32,000 bases of DNA from Pseudomonadota bacterium. Lineage in GTDB: Bacteria > Pseudomonadota > Alphaproteobacteria > Micropepsales > Micropepsaceae. The first letter of the stretch is position 1. Every line of letters begins with the position of its first letter. Both the position numbers and the translations under genes were made by a program. Positions 1 through 9,677 of the stretch are shown one piece after another. The DNA is taken from NCBI GenBank assembly GCA_018242105.1, contig JAFECP010000013.1, forward strand, positions 40,650-72,649. The letters run 5' to 3'. Below the pieces are notes generated by a model. The model was given only the letters and a program-made list of their open reading frames with translations, had not been told where the DNA came from and did not search any database.

Positions 1-2214
1 CGCGCCGATCAAGCGTTGCGCGAGCCGCGCGTAGAACGTGCTGGAGGGTAGCGGTTTGGCGCCATCGGAAACCGTATCGTCCGGCGCATCGTAAACGAAA
101 ATGAGGTCGAGATCGGAACTCGCCGTCATTTCGCGGCTGCCGAGTTTTCCCATGGCAACGACCGCGAAGGCGCCTTTCGGGATACGGCCCACGCTGTGCG
201 CGAGTTCGTCTTCCGTGGCCGCCAATGACCCTGCCACCGAACATTCGGCGATATTGGTCAGCGCCGCACCGGCGGCCAACGCATTAAGCGTACCTTCGAT
301 GATCTGCACGCCGACGCGGAAAATCTGTTCCTTGGCGAACCGGCGAACGGCATCCAGCGCAGCTTCGTAATCGTTCGCCGCCGATAGCTGAACTCTAAGG
401 ACCGCATCAAGCTGCTCTCGCGACGGAAGCGAATTGAGAAAGCCACGATCCATCAGCGCATCGAGCACGCCAGGCGACCGCGCCAGATGATCTGCCAGTC
501 TCGGCGCCGAGCCGCAGATATTCGAGACCAGCTTCAGAAGGTGCGTGTTGGCGAGAAACAGCGAGAAGAGCTGCACGCCGCCCGGAACGCGGGAGACGAA
601 GCGATCAAATTGCGCGAACGCGGCATCGGGATCCGCCGTCGCCGCCAACGCATCCAGCAAAGCCGGCATCAGCTTTGTGAGGATTTCGCGGGCCCGTGCG
701 CTGCGAGTGGCGCGGATGCGCCCGTGATGCCAGCCGCGGATGGCATGGGCGACGTGATGTGGGTCGCGAAAGCCCATGCCCGAAAGCGTTTCGATCGTTT
801 CCGGATCGTCTTCAACGCCTGTGAAAACAAGGCTGCCTTCACTGGTCGCCAACGGCGCCGAACGCTCGAAAAGCTTGAGGTAATGGCTCTGCACCGTGTG
901 CAAGTGATGCAGTAGGACTTTGCTGAATGCCGCCGTATCCGCGAAGCCCATGAAACAGACAACGTGCGCGATCTCTTCTTCGGATTTGGGCAGGCTATGA
1001 GTCTGCTCGTCCTCGATCATCTGAAGGCGGTGCTCCAGCTTGCGCAGGAAATCATAGGCAAGTTCGAGATCGGCGGCGGTGCCGTCGGAGACCAAGCCTG
1101 CCGCGCGCAACGCCTCGATCGCCTTCAGCGTTTCGCGCGAACGCAGATTGGGATTACGGCCACCGAGAATGAGCTGCTGCGTCTGCGCGAAGAATTCGAT
1201 CTCTCGTATGCCGCCGCGCCCAAGTTTGATGTTGTGCCCGGCGACCGCGATGGCGCCATGCTTGCCGTGCGCGTGAATCTGCCGCTTGATCGAATGGATA
1301 TCTTCGATGGCCGCATAGTCGAGGCTGCGCCGCCAGACGAAGGGTTTGATCGCGTCAAGAAACGCGGCGCCTGCAACGGTATCGCCCGCGCAAGCCCGCG
1401 CCTTGATCATCGCCGCGCGCTCCCAATTCTGCCCCATGCCCTCGTAGTAGGCTTCGGCGGCGCCGATCGAGATTGCGACCTGCGTGGCACCGGCATCGGG
1501 ACGCAACCGCAAATCCACGCGGAAGACATAACCATCCGCCGTATTTTCGCTCAGGAGCCGCACAAGGCCCTTCACGATATCCACGGCGGCGCCACGCGCA
1601 TCGTCACGCTTGCGGAAAGGAAATCGCTGCGGATCGTAGAACGTGATCAGATCGACATCGCTCGAATAGTTGAGCTCGAAAGCGCCATACTTGCCCATTG
1701 CGAGCACAATAAGGCCCGTTTCCGCTTCGAGCCTGGCCGGATCGGATGCATCCATTTCCGCCTGAACGGCGGCCTGTCGCAGAAGAAATTGCAGCGATGC
1801 GCTGATGCAGACATCGGCAAACATACTCAGCGCAGTTGTTACGTCGCGCAGTTGCCAGATGCCCGCAATATCCGCCAGCGCAATCGTCAGCGCAGCTTCG
1901 CGTTTGGCGCGCCTGAGAGTTTGCATGACAACATTGATGTCGGCCGCCATTGCGATCGACCGGATGCCAGCCTCGATACCTTTCATAACCTCGCCAAGCT
2001 CCATGTCGAAAGCCTTGCGCAGGAATACACGATCGCGCAGCGCCAAACGGGCAAGGAACGAGCTGTTCCCGAACGCACCAGCGAGAATTTCGGCTTGTGC
2101 CGAAGATGGGACAAAGCCGTCCTCACCTTCTGCCAGCGCCGCCAATGTCCGCTCCGCGCGCGCTGGATCGAAGGGCAATGGAATTATCCGCGGGGGCTGA
2201 CTCGGCGCGTTCAT
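1..2214 (-). CDS. glnE: Glutamine synthetase adenylyltransferase / adenylyl-removing enzyme GlnE, first 738 codons. The 3' end runs off the left edge.
   Basis: Absent from the ORF track because no stop is reached. My reverse-strand translation from ATG 2214..2212 stays open to position 1. It reads MNAPSQPPRIIPLPFDPARAERTLAALAEGEDG...AMGKYGAFELNYSSDVDLITFYDP...GYVFRVDLRLRPDAGATQVAIS...EGMGQNWERAAMIKARACAGD, the GlnE nucleotidyltransferase signature. The + ORF 964..2235 is its antisense shadow. Confidence 0.9.
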   Translation of the reverse strand, partial: MNAPSQPPRIIPLPFDPARAERTLAALAEGEDGFVPSSAQAEILAGAFGNSSFLARLALRDRVFLRKAFDMELGEVMKGIEAGIRSIAMAADINVVMQTLRRAKREAALTIALADIAGIWQLRDVTTALSMFADVCISASLQFLLRQAAVQAEMDASDPARLEAETGLIVLAMGKYGAFELNYSSDVDLITFYDPQRFPFRKRDDARGAAVDIVKGLVRLLSENTADGYVFRVDLRLRPDAGATQVAISIGAAEAYYEGMGQNWERAAMIKARACAGDTVAGAAFLDAIKPFVWRRSLDYAAIEDIHSIKRQIHAHGKHGAIAVAGHNIKLGRGGIREIEFFAQTQQLILGGRNPNLRSRETLKAIEALRAAGLVSDGTAADLELAYDFLRKLEHRLQMIEDEQTHSLPKSEEEIAHVVCFMGFADTAAFSKVLLHHLHTVQSHYLKLFERSAPLATSEGSLVFTGVEDDPETIETLSGMGFRDPHHVAHAIRGWHHGRIRATRSARAREILTKLMPALLDALAATADPDAAFAQFDRFVSRVPGGVQLFSLFLANTHLLKLVSNICGSAPRLADHLARSPGVLDALMDRGFLNSLPSREQLDAVLRVQLSAANDYEAALDAVRRFAKEQIFRVGVQIIEGTLNALAAGAALTNIAECSVAGSLAATEDELAHSVGRIPKGAFAVVAMGKLGSREMTASSDLDLIFVYDAPDDTVSDGAKPLPSSTFYARLAQRLIGA

Positions 2215-2258
2215 GAAGCGCAGTTTATGCGCTGAAACGGGTATCCAAATCGAGCGGC

Positions 2259-3686
2259 TTATTTCGCGGCGATCTGAAGGGCCGGGTTCTCGGCTGGTGC
2301 ACGGGCGATCGCACGCGCCGTGTCATGCGGAAACAACAAACTCGCCTTGAGGCCCGGCATATTGTCGGCAAGCTCCAGACGCGCATTGTGGAGCTTGGCA
2401 ACGGCAACCACCAGGCTGAGGCCCAAGCCCGTCCCGGGTGAATGGCGGCTCGCTTCCAGCCGCACGAAGCGATCCAGCACGCGCACGCGATCGTCAACCG
2501 GTACGCCGACACCCGTATCTGCCACAATCAGTGAGACGCCTGCGGGCGTGTTTTCGATGGACACCCGGACCTTGCCGCCTTCGGGTGTGTATTTGATGGC
2601 ATTGTCAACCAGGTTCGCCAGGGCTTGCGCGATAAGACGCTTGTTGCCGGCAATCATTGCTTCGCCGCTTGGCGCCACATCGAAGGTGAGCCCCTTTTCC
2701 TCGGCCAATGGACCGTAGAGTTCGGAGATGCCTTCCACGACGTCGCGTAAATCGATCTGCGCCATGGCCTCTCGGGCCATGCCCGCCTCGGCCTCGGCGA
2801 TCAGCAACAGCGCGTTGAATGTCGCGATCAACTGATCGATCTCGACGGCTGCGGATTCGATCTCTGTGTATTCCGCACTCTCCGGCGGCAGGCGGCGAAG
2901 CGCGGCATCGATGCGATTGCGCAAGCGATTGAGCGGCGTTCGCAGGTCATGGGCGACCGAATCCGTCACTTCGCGCATCCCGCGCATAAGCCGCTCGATG
3001 CGATCGAGCATCTGGTTCAGGCTCGTCGCCAGCGTGTCGAACTCATCGCCGGAGCCGCGGATCGGTATCCGGCGCGACAGGTCCCCACCCATGATTTCGC
3101 GGCTGATATCGTTGATCGAGTCCAGCCGTGCAATCAGGTTCCGGCTCATGAATCCCCCGCCGATCACGCCCAGCACCAGCATCAGCATGAGGCTCCATGG
3201 CAGCGTCGTGCTGAACAGGCGCACCGTCTCGTGGCGCTCATGCACATCGCGCGCGACGAGAAGCTGGAAACCGCCAGTCAGCGCAAAGATGCGGCCTCGC
3301 GCACGTCGCAATGTTGAAACGCCGCCGACGCGCCGTTCGTAGTTGAACTCGATGAAGCTGTTTGGCCGGTAAATGATCTGCGGCCAGCCATCCAGATTTC
3401 CGGCGATGGGATGGCGCATCTGATCGGTCAGAAGATACAGACTCTGCCCGCCGCGCACCGAGCGGCTGATGATGACATTGGCGAGGCCGCCCAGACCGAG
3501 GCGCTGATACTGTTCCGAAAGTCCCAATATTTCGGCATCGATTGTCTGATCGGTCTGCATGTCGAGCGCACGTTTGGTGTTCCAATACGTGAACGCGACG
3601 AGCCCCGCGGCGGAAATCGCGAAGATGGCGATATAGATAAAGACAATCCGGAACGCGAGAGTCCGGAAAAGCCTAGGCGCGCGCAC
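2259..3686 (-). CDS. Sensor histidine kinase (two TM segments, HAMP-like linker, HisKA, HATPase)
   Basis: 475-aa ORF. H-box SVAHDLRTPLNRL, N-box NLVDNAIKYTP, G-boxes DTGVGV and GTGLGLSLV. Hydrophobic segments FRIVFIYIAIFAISAAGLVAF and LMLMLVLGVIGGGFM. The start codon at 3686..3684 is GTG and overlaps the regulator stop by 14 nt. Confidence 0.85.
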   Translation of the reverse strand: MRAPRLFRTLAFRIVFIYIAIFAISAAGLVAFTYWNTKRALDMQTDQTIDAEILGLSEQYQRLGLGGLANVIISRSVRGGQSLYLLTDQMRHPIAGNLDGWPQIIYRPNSFIEFNYERRVGGVSTLRRARGRIFALTGGFQLLVARDVHERHETVRLFSTTLPWSLMLMLVLGVIGGGFMSRNLIARLDSINDISREIMGGDLSRRIPIRGSGDEFDTLATSLNQMLDRIERLMRGMREVTDSVAHDLRTPLNRLRNRIDAALRRLPPESAEYTEIESAAVEIDQLIATFNALLLIAEAEAGMAREAMAQIDLRDVVEGISELYGPLAEEKGLTFDVAPSGEAMIAGNKRLIAQALANLVDNAIKYTPEGGKVRVSIENTPAGVSLIVADTGVGVPVDDRVRVLDRFVRLEASRHSPGTGLGLSLVVAVAKLHNARLELADNMPGLKASLLFPHDTARAIARAPAENPALQIAAK

Positions 3687-4350
3687 GGATCATGTAGCCG
3701 GCGCCGCGCACCGTATGAAGGAGCGGTGCATCGAATCCCTTGTCGATCTTCGCGCGCAGACGCGAGATATGCACATCGATCACGTTGGTCTGCGGATCGA
3801 AATGGTATTCCCACACGCTTTCCAGAAGCATGGTGCGCGTCACCACCTGGCTGGCATGGCGCATGAGATATTCCAGCAGACGAAACTCACGCGGTTGCAG
3901 ATCGATGGATGCTTCCCCGCGCTTCGCGGTGCGGGTGAGAAGATCCAGTTCCAGATCGCCAACCTGAAGGCGCGTCTTCACGGCGGCAGGATGACGCCGG
4001 CGCATCAGCGCGTCGAGCCGCGCCAGCAATTCGACGAAGGCATAAGGCTTGGTGAGATAATCGTCGCCACCGGCCTTCAGCCCTTTGACGCGATCGTCCA
4101 CTTCCGATAGCGCGCTGAGAAACAGAACCGGCGTCACATTGCCGTGCTGGCGCAACTCTTCGACGAGCTTCAGGCCGTCCATCTTTGGCAACATGCGGTC
4201 CACAATGGCCACGTCGTAGGGGCGCGACAAGGAAAGCGACAGACCGATCTCGCCGTCATCTGCGTCATCGACCACATGACCCGCCTCTTTGAGGCCGTTC
4301 ACCAGGTAACGCTGGGCTTCAAGATCGTCTTCAACCACAAGAATGCGCAT
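3673..4350 (-). CDS. OmpR/PhoB-family response regulator
   Basis: The track ORF 3673..4476 was trimmed to ATG 4350..4348 (MRILVVEDDLEAQRYL...), which is preceded by AGGAG (CAGGAGTCTTTTATG). Receiver domain with DVAIVDRMLPKMDG. Winged-helix C-terminus LQPREFRLLEYLMRH...NVIDVHISRLRAKI. Confidence 0.9.
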   Translation of the reverse strand: MRILVVEDDLEAQRYLVNGLKEAGHVVDDADDGEIGLSLSLSRPYDVAIVDRMLPKMDGLKLVEELRQHGNVTPVLFLSALSEVDDRVKGLKAGGDDYLTKPYAFVELLARLDALMRRRHPAAVKTRLQVGDLELDLLTRTAKRGEASIDLQPREFRLLEYLMRHASQVVTRTMLLESVWEYHFDPQTNVIDVHISRLRAKIDKGFDAPLLHTVRGAGYMIRARA

Positions 4351-4437
4351 AAAAGACTCCTGAATCGTCAATTTCTGAAATGGGTCCGCGCCGGCGGCAG
4401 CAACGGGGGGATGGGGCCGCCACCACCGGCGCGGGGG

Positions 4438-4471
4438 CCGGACAACGCGGACTTGCGTCCGCGCGGTCCGG
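4438..4471 (-). other. GC-rich interrupted stem-loop between degP and the response-regulator gene (possible attenuator or RNA processing/stability element)
   Basis: CCGGAC-AA-CGCGGAC-TTGC-GTCCGCG-CG-GTCCGG is 13 paired positions around a 4-nt loop, lying 11 nt past the degP stop. There is no U-tract, so it is not a canonical intrinsic terminator. Confidence 0.3.
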
Positions 4472-4481
4472 TACACAGTTC

Positions 4482-6035
4482 CTATGCACCCAGTTTGATT
4501 GCCACGAAGCGCTGACCGCCCTGGCCCGTGACGAGGACCAGAACCGTGTCGCGATGCGCTGCCTGCGCGGCCGCCACGCTGGCCTTCACATCTTGCGGCG
4601 ATCGCACCGGATGGTTCGCGATCGATACGAGAACATCGCCAGGCTCGAGACCTTTATCCGCTGCGTCACTGTTGGGATCGACCTTGGTGATGACGACACC
4701 GTTCACGTTGCCGCCAAGATTGAAAGCCCGGCGTGTTTCAGGCGTGACGGCGGCCAGCCCCAGCCCCATCGCTTGCGCGGTCTCCGCGGGATGGCTGTTG
4801 CTGTGTGGAGACGCCGAAGCGACCTGCTGATCCTTCTTCGCGCCGATCTTCACTGTGAGCGTTTTGTTGTTGCCATCGCGCACGACGGTAAAGGCCGCCT
4901 TCGAACCGGCCGGAAGCGCGGCAACACGGCGTGTAAGATCGCGAGAATCTTCCACGGGCTTTCCGTTCACGGCGAGAACGATATCACCCGCAACCATGCC
5001 GGCCTGCGCCGCGGGACCGCCTGGCGAAACACTGGCGACGATAGCGCCCTTCATGTTCTTGGATCCAAGGCTCGCGGCCATTTCCGGCGTGACACTTTGA
5101 ATCTCGACGCCCAGATAACCGCGCGCGACGTGGCCATGCGCCTGCAATTGCGCCACGACGTCGTGGATGGTGGACGCCGGGATAGCGAATCCGATGCCCA
5201 CACTGCCGCCGGATGGCGAGAAGATCATCGAATTCATGCCGATGACCTTGCCCTGGATGTTGAAAGTCGGGCCGCCCGAGTTGCCGCGGTTGATCGGCGC
5301 ATCGATCTGGATGAAATCTGTGTACGGCCCGTTTCCGACGTCGCGGCCGATGGACGAGACGATGCCGGCGGTCACCGTGTTGCTGAGGCCGAAGGGATTG
5401 CCGACAGCGACGACCCAGTCGCCAACGCGCACCTGGCGGTCATCGCCGAACTCGACCGACGGCAGCGGCTTGTCGCTTTTCACTTTCAGCAACGCAACAT
5501 CTGTAGCGGCATCGGTGCCGATCAGCTTGGCGGTGAATTCGCGGCCATCGGGAAATTTGACGGTTATCTTCTTGCCGCCCTGAACGACGTGGTTGTTCGT
5601 GACGATGTAGCCGTCCTTATTGATGACGAAGCCCGACCCCATCGCGATCGCCTTGCGCGGCACGCCTTGGCGGCCTTGCCCGCCGAACTGGTTGAAGAAA
5701 TCGCGGAACGGTTCGGGAATCTGGTCGGGATCAAAGTCCGCGGTCTGCTTCACCTGCTCTTCGACGGTAATCGTGACGACGGCGGGGCTGACGCGCTCCA
5801 CCAGATCCGCGAAGGAGAACGGCGCGCCGCTCTCGATCATGCGTGGTGTCGTCGGATGCGGGGCGACGGCGAGGGGAGCAGGTTGTGGCTTCTGCGGCGC
5901 GTGCTGCTGTTGCGGCTTTTGCCCGGGTTGCGTCATCGCAAAGGCGCCCAACCCGCCGACCACCAACACACCAGCAGCCACCGAGGCGAGCAAGCGGCCG
6001 CGAAATCCTTGAAAAACCTGATCCGTCTTCTTCAT
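4482..6035 (-). CDS. degP: Periplasmic serine endoprotease, HtrA/DegP/DegQ family (trypsin-like domain plus two PDZ domains)
   Basis: 517 aa with a signal-like N-terminus LLASVAAGVLVVGGLGAFA. Catalytic motifs are TNNHVV (His), DVALLKV (Asp) and GNSGGP (Ser). Two PDZ-like regions (GVEIQSVTPEMAASLG..., GVVITKVDPNSDAADKGLEPGDVLVSI). ATG 6035 is preceded by GGAG (GGAGAAAAAAATG). Confidence 0.92.
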   Translation of the reverse strand: MKKTDQVFQGFRGRLLASVAAGVLVVGGLGAFAMTQPGQKPQQQHAPQKPQPAPLAVAPHPTTPRMIESGAPFSFADLVERVSPAVVTITVEEQVKQTADFDPDQIPEPFRDFFNQFGGQGRQGVPRKAIAMGSGFVINKDGYIVTNNHVVQGGKKITVKFPDGREFTAKLIGTDAATDVALLKVKSDKPLPSVEFGDDRQVRVGDWVVAVGNPFGLSNTVTAGIVSSIGRDVGNGPYTDFIQIDAPINRGNSGGPTFNIQGKVIGMNSMIFSPSGGSVGIGFAIPASTIHDVVAQLQAHGHVARGYLGVEIQSVTPEMAASLGSKNMKGAIVASVSPGGPAAQAGMVAGDIVLAVNGKPVEDSRDLTRRVAALPAGSKAAFTVVRDGNNKTLTVKIGAKKDQQVASASPHSNSHPAETAQAMGLGLAAVTPETRRAFNLGGNVNGVVITKVDPNSDAADKGLEPGDVLVSIANHPVRSPQDVKASVAAAQAAHRDTVLVLVTGQGGQRFVAIKLGA

Positions 6036-6125
6036 TTTTTTCTCCGTGCGAATTCACCGGCCACCACGAGCCATACCCCCGCGTCGAGGGTCAGCCCTAC
6101 GCCTGTTATCTTACTCGTTTCTGTC

Positions 6126-6153
6126 TGTGATATTAACATCTTGTAATATTACA
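6126..6153 (-). promoter_or_regulatory. Candidate operator in the AT-rich degP upstream region: two adjacent near-palindromic boxes
   Basis: TGTGATATTAACA (6126..6138) and the perfect palindrome TGTAATATTACA (6142..6153) sit about 90-120 nt upstream of the degP ATG. This is the most AT-rich stretch in the left half of the window. No binding factor can be assigned from sequence. Confidence 0.25.
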
Positions 6154-6182
6154 GAATCCTGATCCGAAGCTTGGACCGCGAA

Positions 6183-6596
6183 CTAGGGGCTGCCCGATTC
6201 CAGCCTTTTGCGCGCGCGGACAATCACAAGCATCACCGCCGCTCCCCCAATCAGCAAAATCCCGAGAGGGCCAAACCAGAGCGCATAGGTAAGCGGCTCA
6301 AGAGGCGGTTTCATCAGGATGAAATCTCCGTAGCGCGCAACGAGATATTGTTCAACCTGTTCGTCGCTGTCGCCAGCTTTAATTCGCACACGGATCAAAT
6401 GCCGCAAATCCGCCGCAAGCGGCGCACTCGACTCGTCCAGCGATTGTCCCTGACAGACAACACAACGAAGTTCCTTTTGCAGCGCCACCGCGCGCGCTTC
6501 CAACTTGGGGTCGGCGAGTTTTTCGGAACCGGCAACCGCGAACGCTGCATGGATGCAGAGCAGACTAAAAAACAGCGTAAGCAGAACGCGTTTCAT
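6183..6596 (-). CDS. ccmH: Cytochrome c-type biogenesis protein CcmH (CycL)
   Basis: Signal peptide MKRVLLTLFFSLLCIHAAFA, the hallmark LRCVVCQGQSLDES (CXXC) motif, and a C-terminal TM segment. The track ORF 6183..6650 was trimmed to ATG 6596..6594, which overlaps the ccmF stop as ATGA. Confidence 0.9.
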   Translation of the reverse strand: MKRVLLTLFFSLLCIHAAFAVAGSEKLADPKLEARAVALQKELRCVVCQGQSLDESSAPLAADLRHLIRVRIKAGDSDEQVEQYLVARYGDFILMKPPLEPLTYALWFGPLGILLIGGAAVMLVIVRARKRLESGSP

Positions 6597-8518
6597 TCCG
6601 CCGCCGCCAGCTTCGCCTCGGACACACGGCGCGGACGCAACCTTCCCCAAAAACTTGCGATACCGCCCAGCGCCATGAACGCGCCGCCGAACCAGATAAA
6701 CGGTGCAAGCGGGCTGACATAAGCGCGGATAACCCAGCCGCTACCGCGCTGGTCCCCCAGCGCGAGATAGAGATCGGAGAACCCCGTGGTGCGAATGGCA
6801 GTTACCGCCGTCGCCTGCCCTTCGACGGGAAAGGCGCGCTTCTCCGGCGCCATCGTGGCAATGATGCGATTGTTCGCAATCACGCTCACCGTGGCGCGTT
6901 CGGCCAAATAATTCGGACCGTGCAGAAGCTGCACACCTTCCAGACGCAGCGTGTAACCGGCGATCGGCATGGTCTGGCCTGGCTTGAGAAGATCGAGCGC
7001 CTCGCTACGCCAGAGGGTCGTGCCGGTGATGCCCAGAAGCGTGATGCCGAGGCCTAGATGCGCCAGCGCCGACGCGAACGCGCCGATCGGCAAGGCGCGA
7101 ATATCGCCGCGCTTCGCAAGATCGATCCCCGCGGCGGAGATCGTCCACAGGCCCAGCCCGAACGCCATCGCGGCGACCAGCGAACGCGGCGTGACGAACG
7201 CAAGCACCGCCAGCACCGCGACAAGCGCGATTCCGAAAGCCGGTGCAAGAACGCGCAGCGCCGCGCGCCAATCGCCATTGCGCCAGCCGAGACGCGGGCC
7301 GAATGGCACAAGCGCGATAAGCACGACGAAGATCGGCGCAAAGGTGATCGCGAAATAGGGCGGTCCGACCGAAATCTTCTGACCGGTCATCGCATCCAGC
7401 AGCAAAGGATAAAGCGTCCCGATGAACACGGTCGCAGCGGCGGCGGACAGCAGCACATTGTTCAGCAACAACGCACTTTCCTTGCTGACCGGCTCAAACG
7501 CCGTCCCGCCCTGCAACTGCGGCGCACGCCACGCAAAGAGCGCCAACGCACCGCCAATGGCGGCAACCAGCATCGCCAGAATATAGACGCCGCGCGTGGG
7601 GTCGCTGGCGAAAGCGTGGACCGACGACAACACGCCGGAACGCACCAAGAAGGTGCCGATCAGGCTCAGCGAGAAACCCAGAATAGCCAGCAGCAAGGTC
7701 CAGCTTCGGAAAGCGCCGGTGCGTTCGGTGGCAAGCGCGGAGTGGAGCAGCGCGGTCGCGATCAGCCAGGGCATGAGCGCCGCGTTCTCCACCGGATCCC
7801 AGAACCAGAATCCGCCCCATCCCAGAACGTAATAGGCCCACCAGCTTCCCAGCGTGATACCCAGGGTCAGCGCAATCCATGCCAGCAACATGAAAGGACG
7901 TGCCGCACGCGCCCACGCGGCATTGGATTCACCCGTGATGAGCGCCGCGGCGGCATACGAGAACGCCGCGGACAGGCCGACATAGCCGATGTAGAGCATT
8001 GGCGGATGCATCGCCAAACCCGGATCCTGCAGCAGCGGATTCAACCCCGCGCCTTCAAAGGGCATCGGATCCAGGCGCAGAAACGGGTTGGATGTGAACA
8101 GTATGAAAAGAAGAAATGCGCAGGCGAGCAATCCCTGAACACCCAGCGCCGCCGAGGTCAGCCGCGCGCTGCCGCGCTGTGCGAACACGATGAAAAGCGA
8201 ATAGATCGCCAGCACGAAGACCCACAACAGCATGGAACCTTCGTGGCTGCCCCAAACGCCGGTGATCTTGTAGATCATCGGCTTGGCGGTGTGCGAATTC
8301 TGCGCGACGTTGAGCACGCTGAAATCGGACGTAACGAACGCATAAGTCAGCGCGCCGAACGCCAGCGCCACGAAAACGAACATGCCGATGGCGGCGCTGG
8401 ATGCAATGGCGCGCGATGGCGATGCCGTCTCGCGGGCGCCTGCCAGACCGGCGATCGCCATCACCACCGACAATGCAAACGCCAGGGCGAGCGCGAGCTG
8501 GCCGATTTCTCCGGTCAA
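6593..8518 (-). CDS. ccmF: Cytochrome c heme lyase subunit CcmF (CycK)
   Basis: 641-aa polytopic membrane protein with the Trp-rich heme-handling motif WGGFWFWDPVENAALMPWL. The start codon in the track is TTG (8518..8516), overlapping the ccmE stop as TTGA. The N-terminus MTGEIGQLALALAFAL fits CcmF. Confidence 0.92.
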   Translation of the reverse strand: MTGEIGQLALALAFALSVVMAIAGLAGARETASPSRAIASSAAIGMFVFVALAFGALTYAFVTSDFSVLNVAQNSHTAKPMIYKITGVWGSHEGSMLLWVFVLAIYSLFIVFAQRGSARLTSAALGVQGLLACAFLLFILFTSNPFLRLDPMPFEGAGLNPLLQDPGLAMHPPMLYIGYVGLSAAFSYAAAALITGESNAAWARAARPFMLLAWIALTLGITLGSWWAYYVLGWGGFWFWDPVENAALMPWLIATALLHSALATERTGAFRSWTLLLAILGFSLSLIGTFLVRSGVLSSVHAFASDPTRGVYILAMLVAAIGGALALFAWRAPQLQGGTAFEPVSKESALLLNNVLLSAAAATVFIGTLYPLLLDAMTGQKISVGPPYFAITFAPIFVVLIALVPFGPRLGWRNGDWRAALRVLAPAFGIALVAVLAVLAFVTPRSLVAAMAFGLGLWTISAAGIDLAKRGDIRALPIGAFASALAHLGLGITLLGITGTTLWRSEALDLLKPGQTMPIAGYTLRLEGVQLLHGPNYLAERATVSVIANNRIIATMAPEKRAFPVEGQATAVTAIRTTGFSDLYLALGDQRGSGWVIRAYVSPLAPFIWFGGAFMALGGIASFWGRLRPRRVSEAKLAAAE

Positions 8519-8958
8519 GTTCCGCCTTCTTTCCAGCGGCCCGAACGCTTCAGCGCATCGACGACTTCCGGCGGCATATATTTCTCATCATGCTTGGCGA
8601 GCACTTCGGTGGCGTCGAACGTGCCCGTGCCGTTCAGCGCACCCATCGCCACGATACCCTGCCCTTCGCGAAACAGATCCGGCAGCACGCCATGGAATTC
8701 CACCGGCACGGCCGCGCGGCCGTCGGTCACCACGAAACGGACATTGGCATGCGCGCCATGGCTGACGCTGCCTTTCTCCACCAATCCACCGATGCGAAAC
8801 GCAACGCCCGGCGACACATGTTTCGCGGTGATGTCGGACGGGCTGTAGAAATAAAGAACATTGTCTTTCAGCGCGCCCAGCACCAGCACAGCGCCACCCG
8901 CACCGGCCGCAAGAAGCGCGGCGGCGAAATAAAGGCGGCGGCGTTTTCTGGGATTCAT
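8515..8958 (-). CDS. ccmE: Cytochrome c heme chaperone CcmE (CycJ)
   Basis: N-terminal anchor RRLYFAAALLAAGAGGAVLVLG and the heme-binding H-x3-Y motif in LAKHDEKYMPPEV. The track start 8964 is TTG. I prefer ATG 8958..8956 (MNPRKRRR...). Confidence 0.92.
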   Translation of the reverse strand: MNPRKRRRLYFAAALLAAGAGGAVLVLGALKDNVLYFYSPSDITAKHVSPGVAFRIGGLVEKGSVSHGAHANVRFVVTDGRAAVPVEFHGVLPDLFREGQGIVAMGALNGTGTFDATEVLAKHDEKYMPPEVVDALKRSGRWKEGGT

Positions 8959-9087
8959 CAACAAAGCCGGACCGTTGGACGCGCGGGACTATATGGGTGC
9001 GCTCCCGCCCGGTCCACGCGGCGGCGCGCCGCCCCGCTTCCGCCGGAATCCCTTGCGAATCTGCTAGTATTCCGAAGGGGGATTGCC

Positions 9088-9675
9088 ATGCGCATCACGC
9101 CTTTCCTTGCGGTCGCCGCGGCGCTGCTGCTTGCCGGCTGCTTTCCGCCGGTAACGACGCATCCCGTGGGTACGACGGCCACCATTGCGAACGATCCGGC
9201 GCTCATCGGCTTGTGGCACGGAAAAACCGATCAGCCGGCGGATCGGCGCGGCCTCTACTTCCATTTCCTTCCAGCAGGCGACAATACGATCACGGTTGTG
9301 ATGGTTCAGGCCGGCAGCGAGCCGGACGGCGGCTGGATGGTCGCCTCCATCACCACCGCGATGCTGGGCGGCAATCACATCATGAACGCGCAGTTGAAAT
9401 TCAGCGACGGCAAGGCGGAGAACGACGACCGTCCGGGCACCATTCCGCTGCTTTATCGCTTCGAAGGCCTTAACCGTATGGTGCTTTACCTCATGGACGA
9501 AGACGCGACCAAGGCGGCCATCAGGGCGCACAAGATCGCAGGCACGGTGGAGCAAGGCCAGTTCGGTGACGCGACGATCACCGCATCGCCCAAGGATCTC
9601 GATGCCTTCCTCGCGACAAGGAAAGGCGCTGCCCTATTCGGCGAGCGCTTCGCGACGCTAACGAAAATGGAATGA
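9088..9675 (+). CDS. Hypothetical lipoprotein (195 aa)
   Basis: This is the last 195 codons of track ORF 8401..9675. ATG 9088 is preceded by AGGGGGA. Lipobox signal MRITPFLAVAAALLLAGC. I recognise no family. Confidence 0.7.
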   Translation: MRITPFLAVAAALLLAGCFPPVTTHPVGTTATIANDPALIGLWHGKTDQPADRRGLYFHFLPAGDNTITVVMVQAGSEPDGGWMVASITTAMLGGNHIMNAQLKFSDGKAENDDRPGTIPLLYRFEGLNRMVLYLMDEDATKAAIRAHKIAGTVEQGQFGDATITASPKDLDAFLATRKGAALFGERFATLTKME

Positions 9676-9677
9676 AC

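Noticed and set aside
964-2235. 423-aa + strand ORF
   Set aside because: It is the antisense shadow of glnE. The minus-strand translation carries clear GlnE motifs, while the + product is Arg/Gln-rich with no recognisable motifs. Such shadows are typical of high-GC DNA.
4380-6146. 588-aa + strand ORF
   Set aside because: Antisense to degP, whose catalytic triad and PDZ motifs are unambiguous. The + product is Arg/Asp/Gly-rich and shows nothing recognisable.
7058-8848. 596-aa + strand ORF
   Set aside because: Antisense to ccmF and ccmE. The product is extremely Arg/Gln/Glu-rich with no structure-like pattern.
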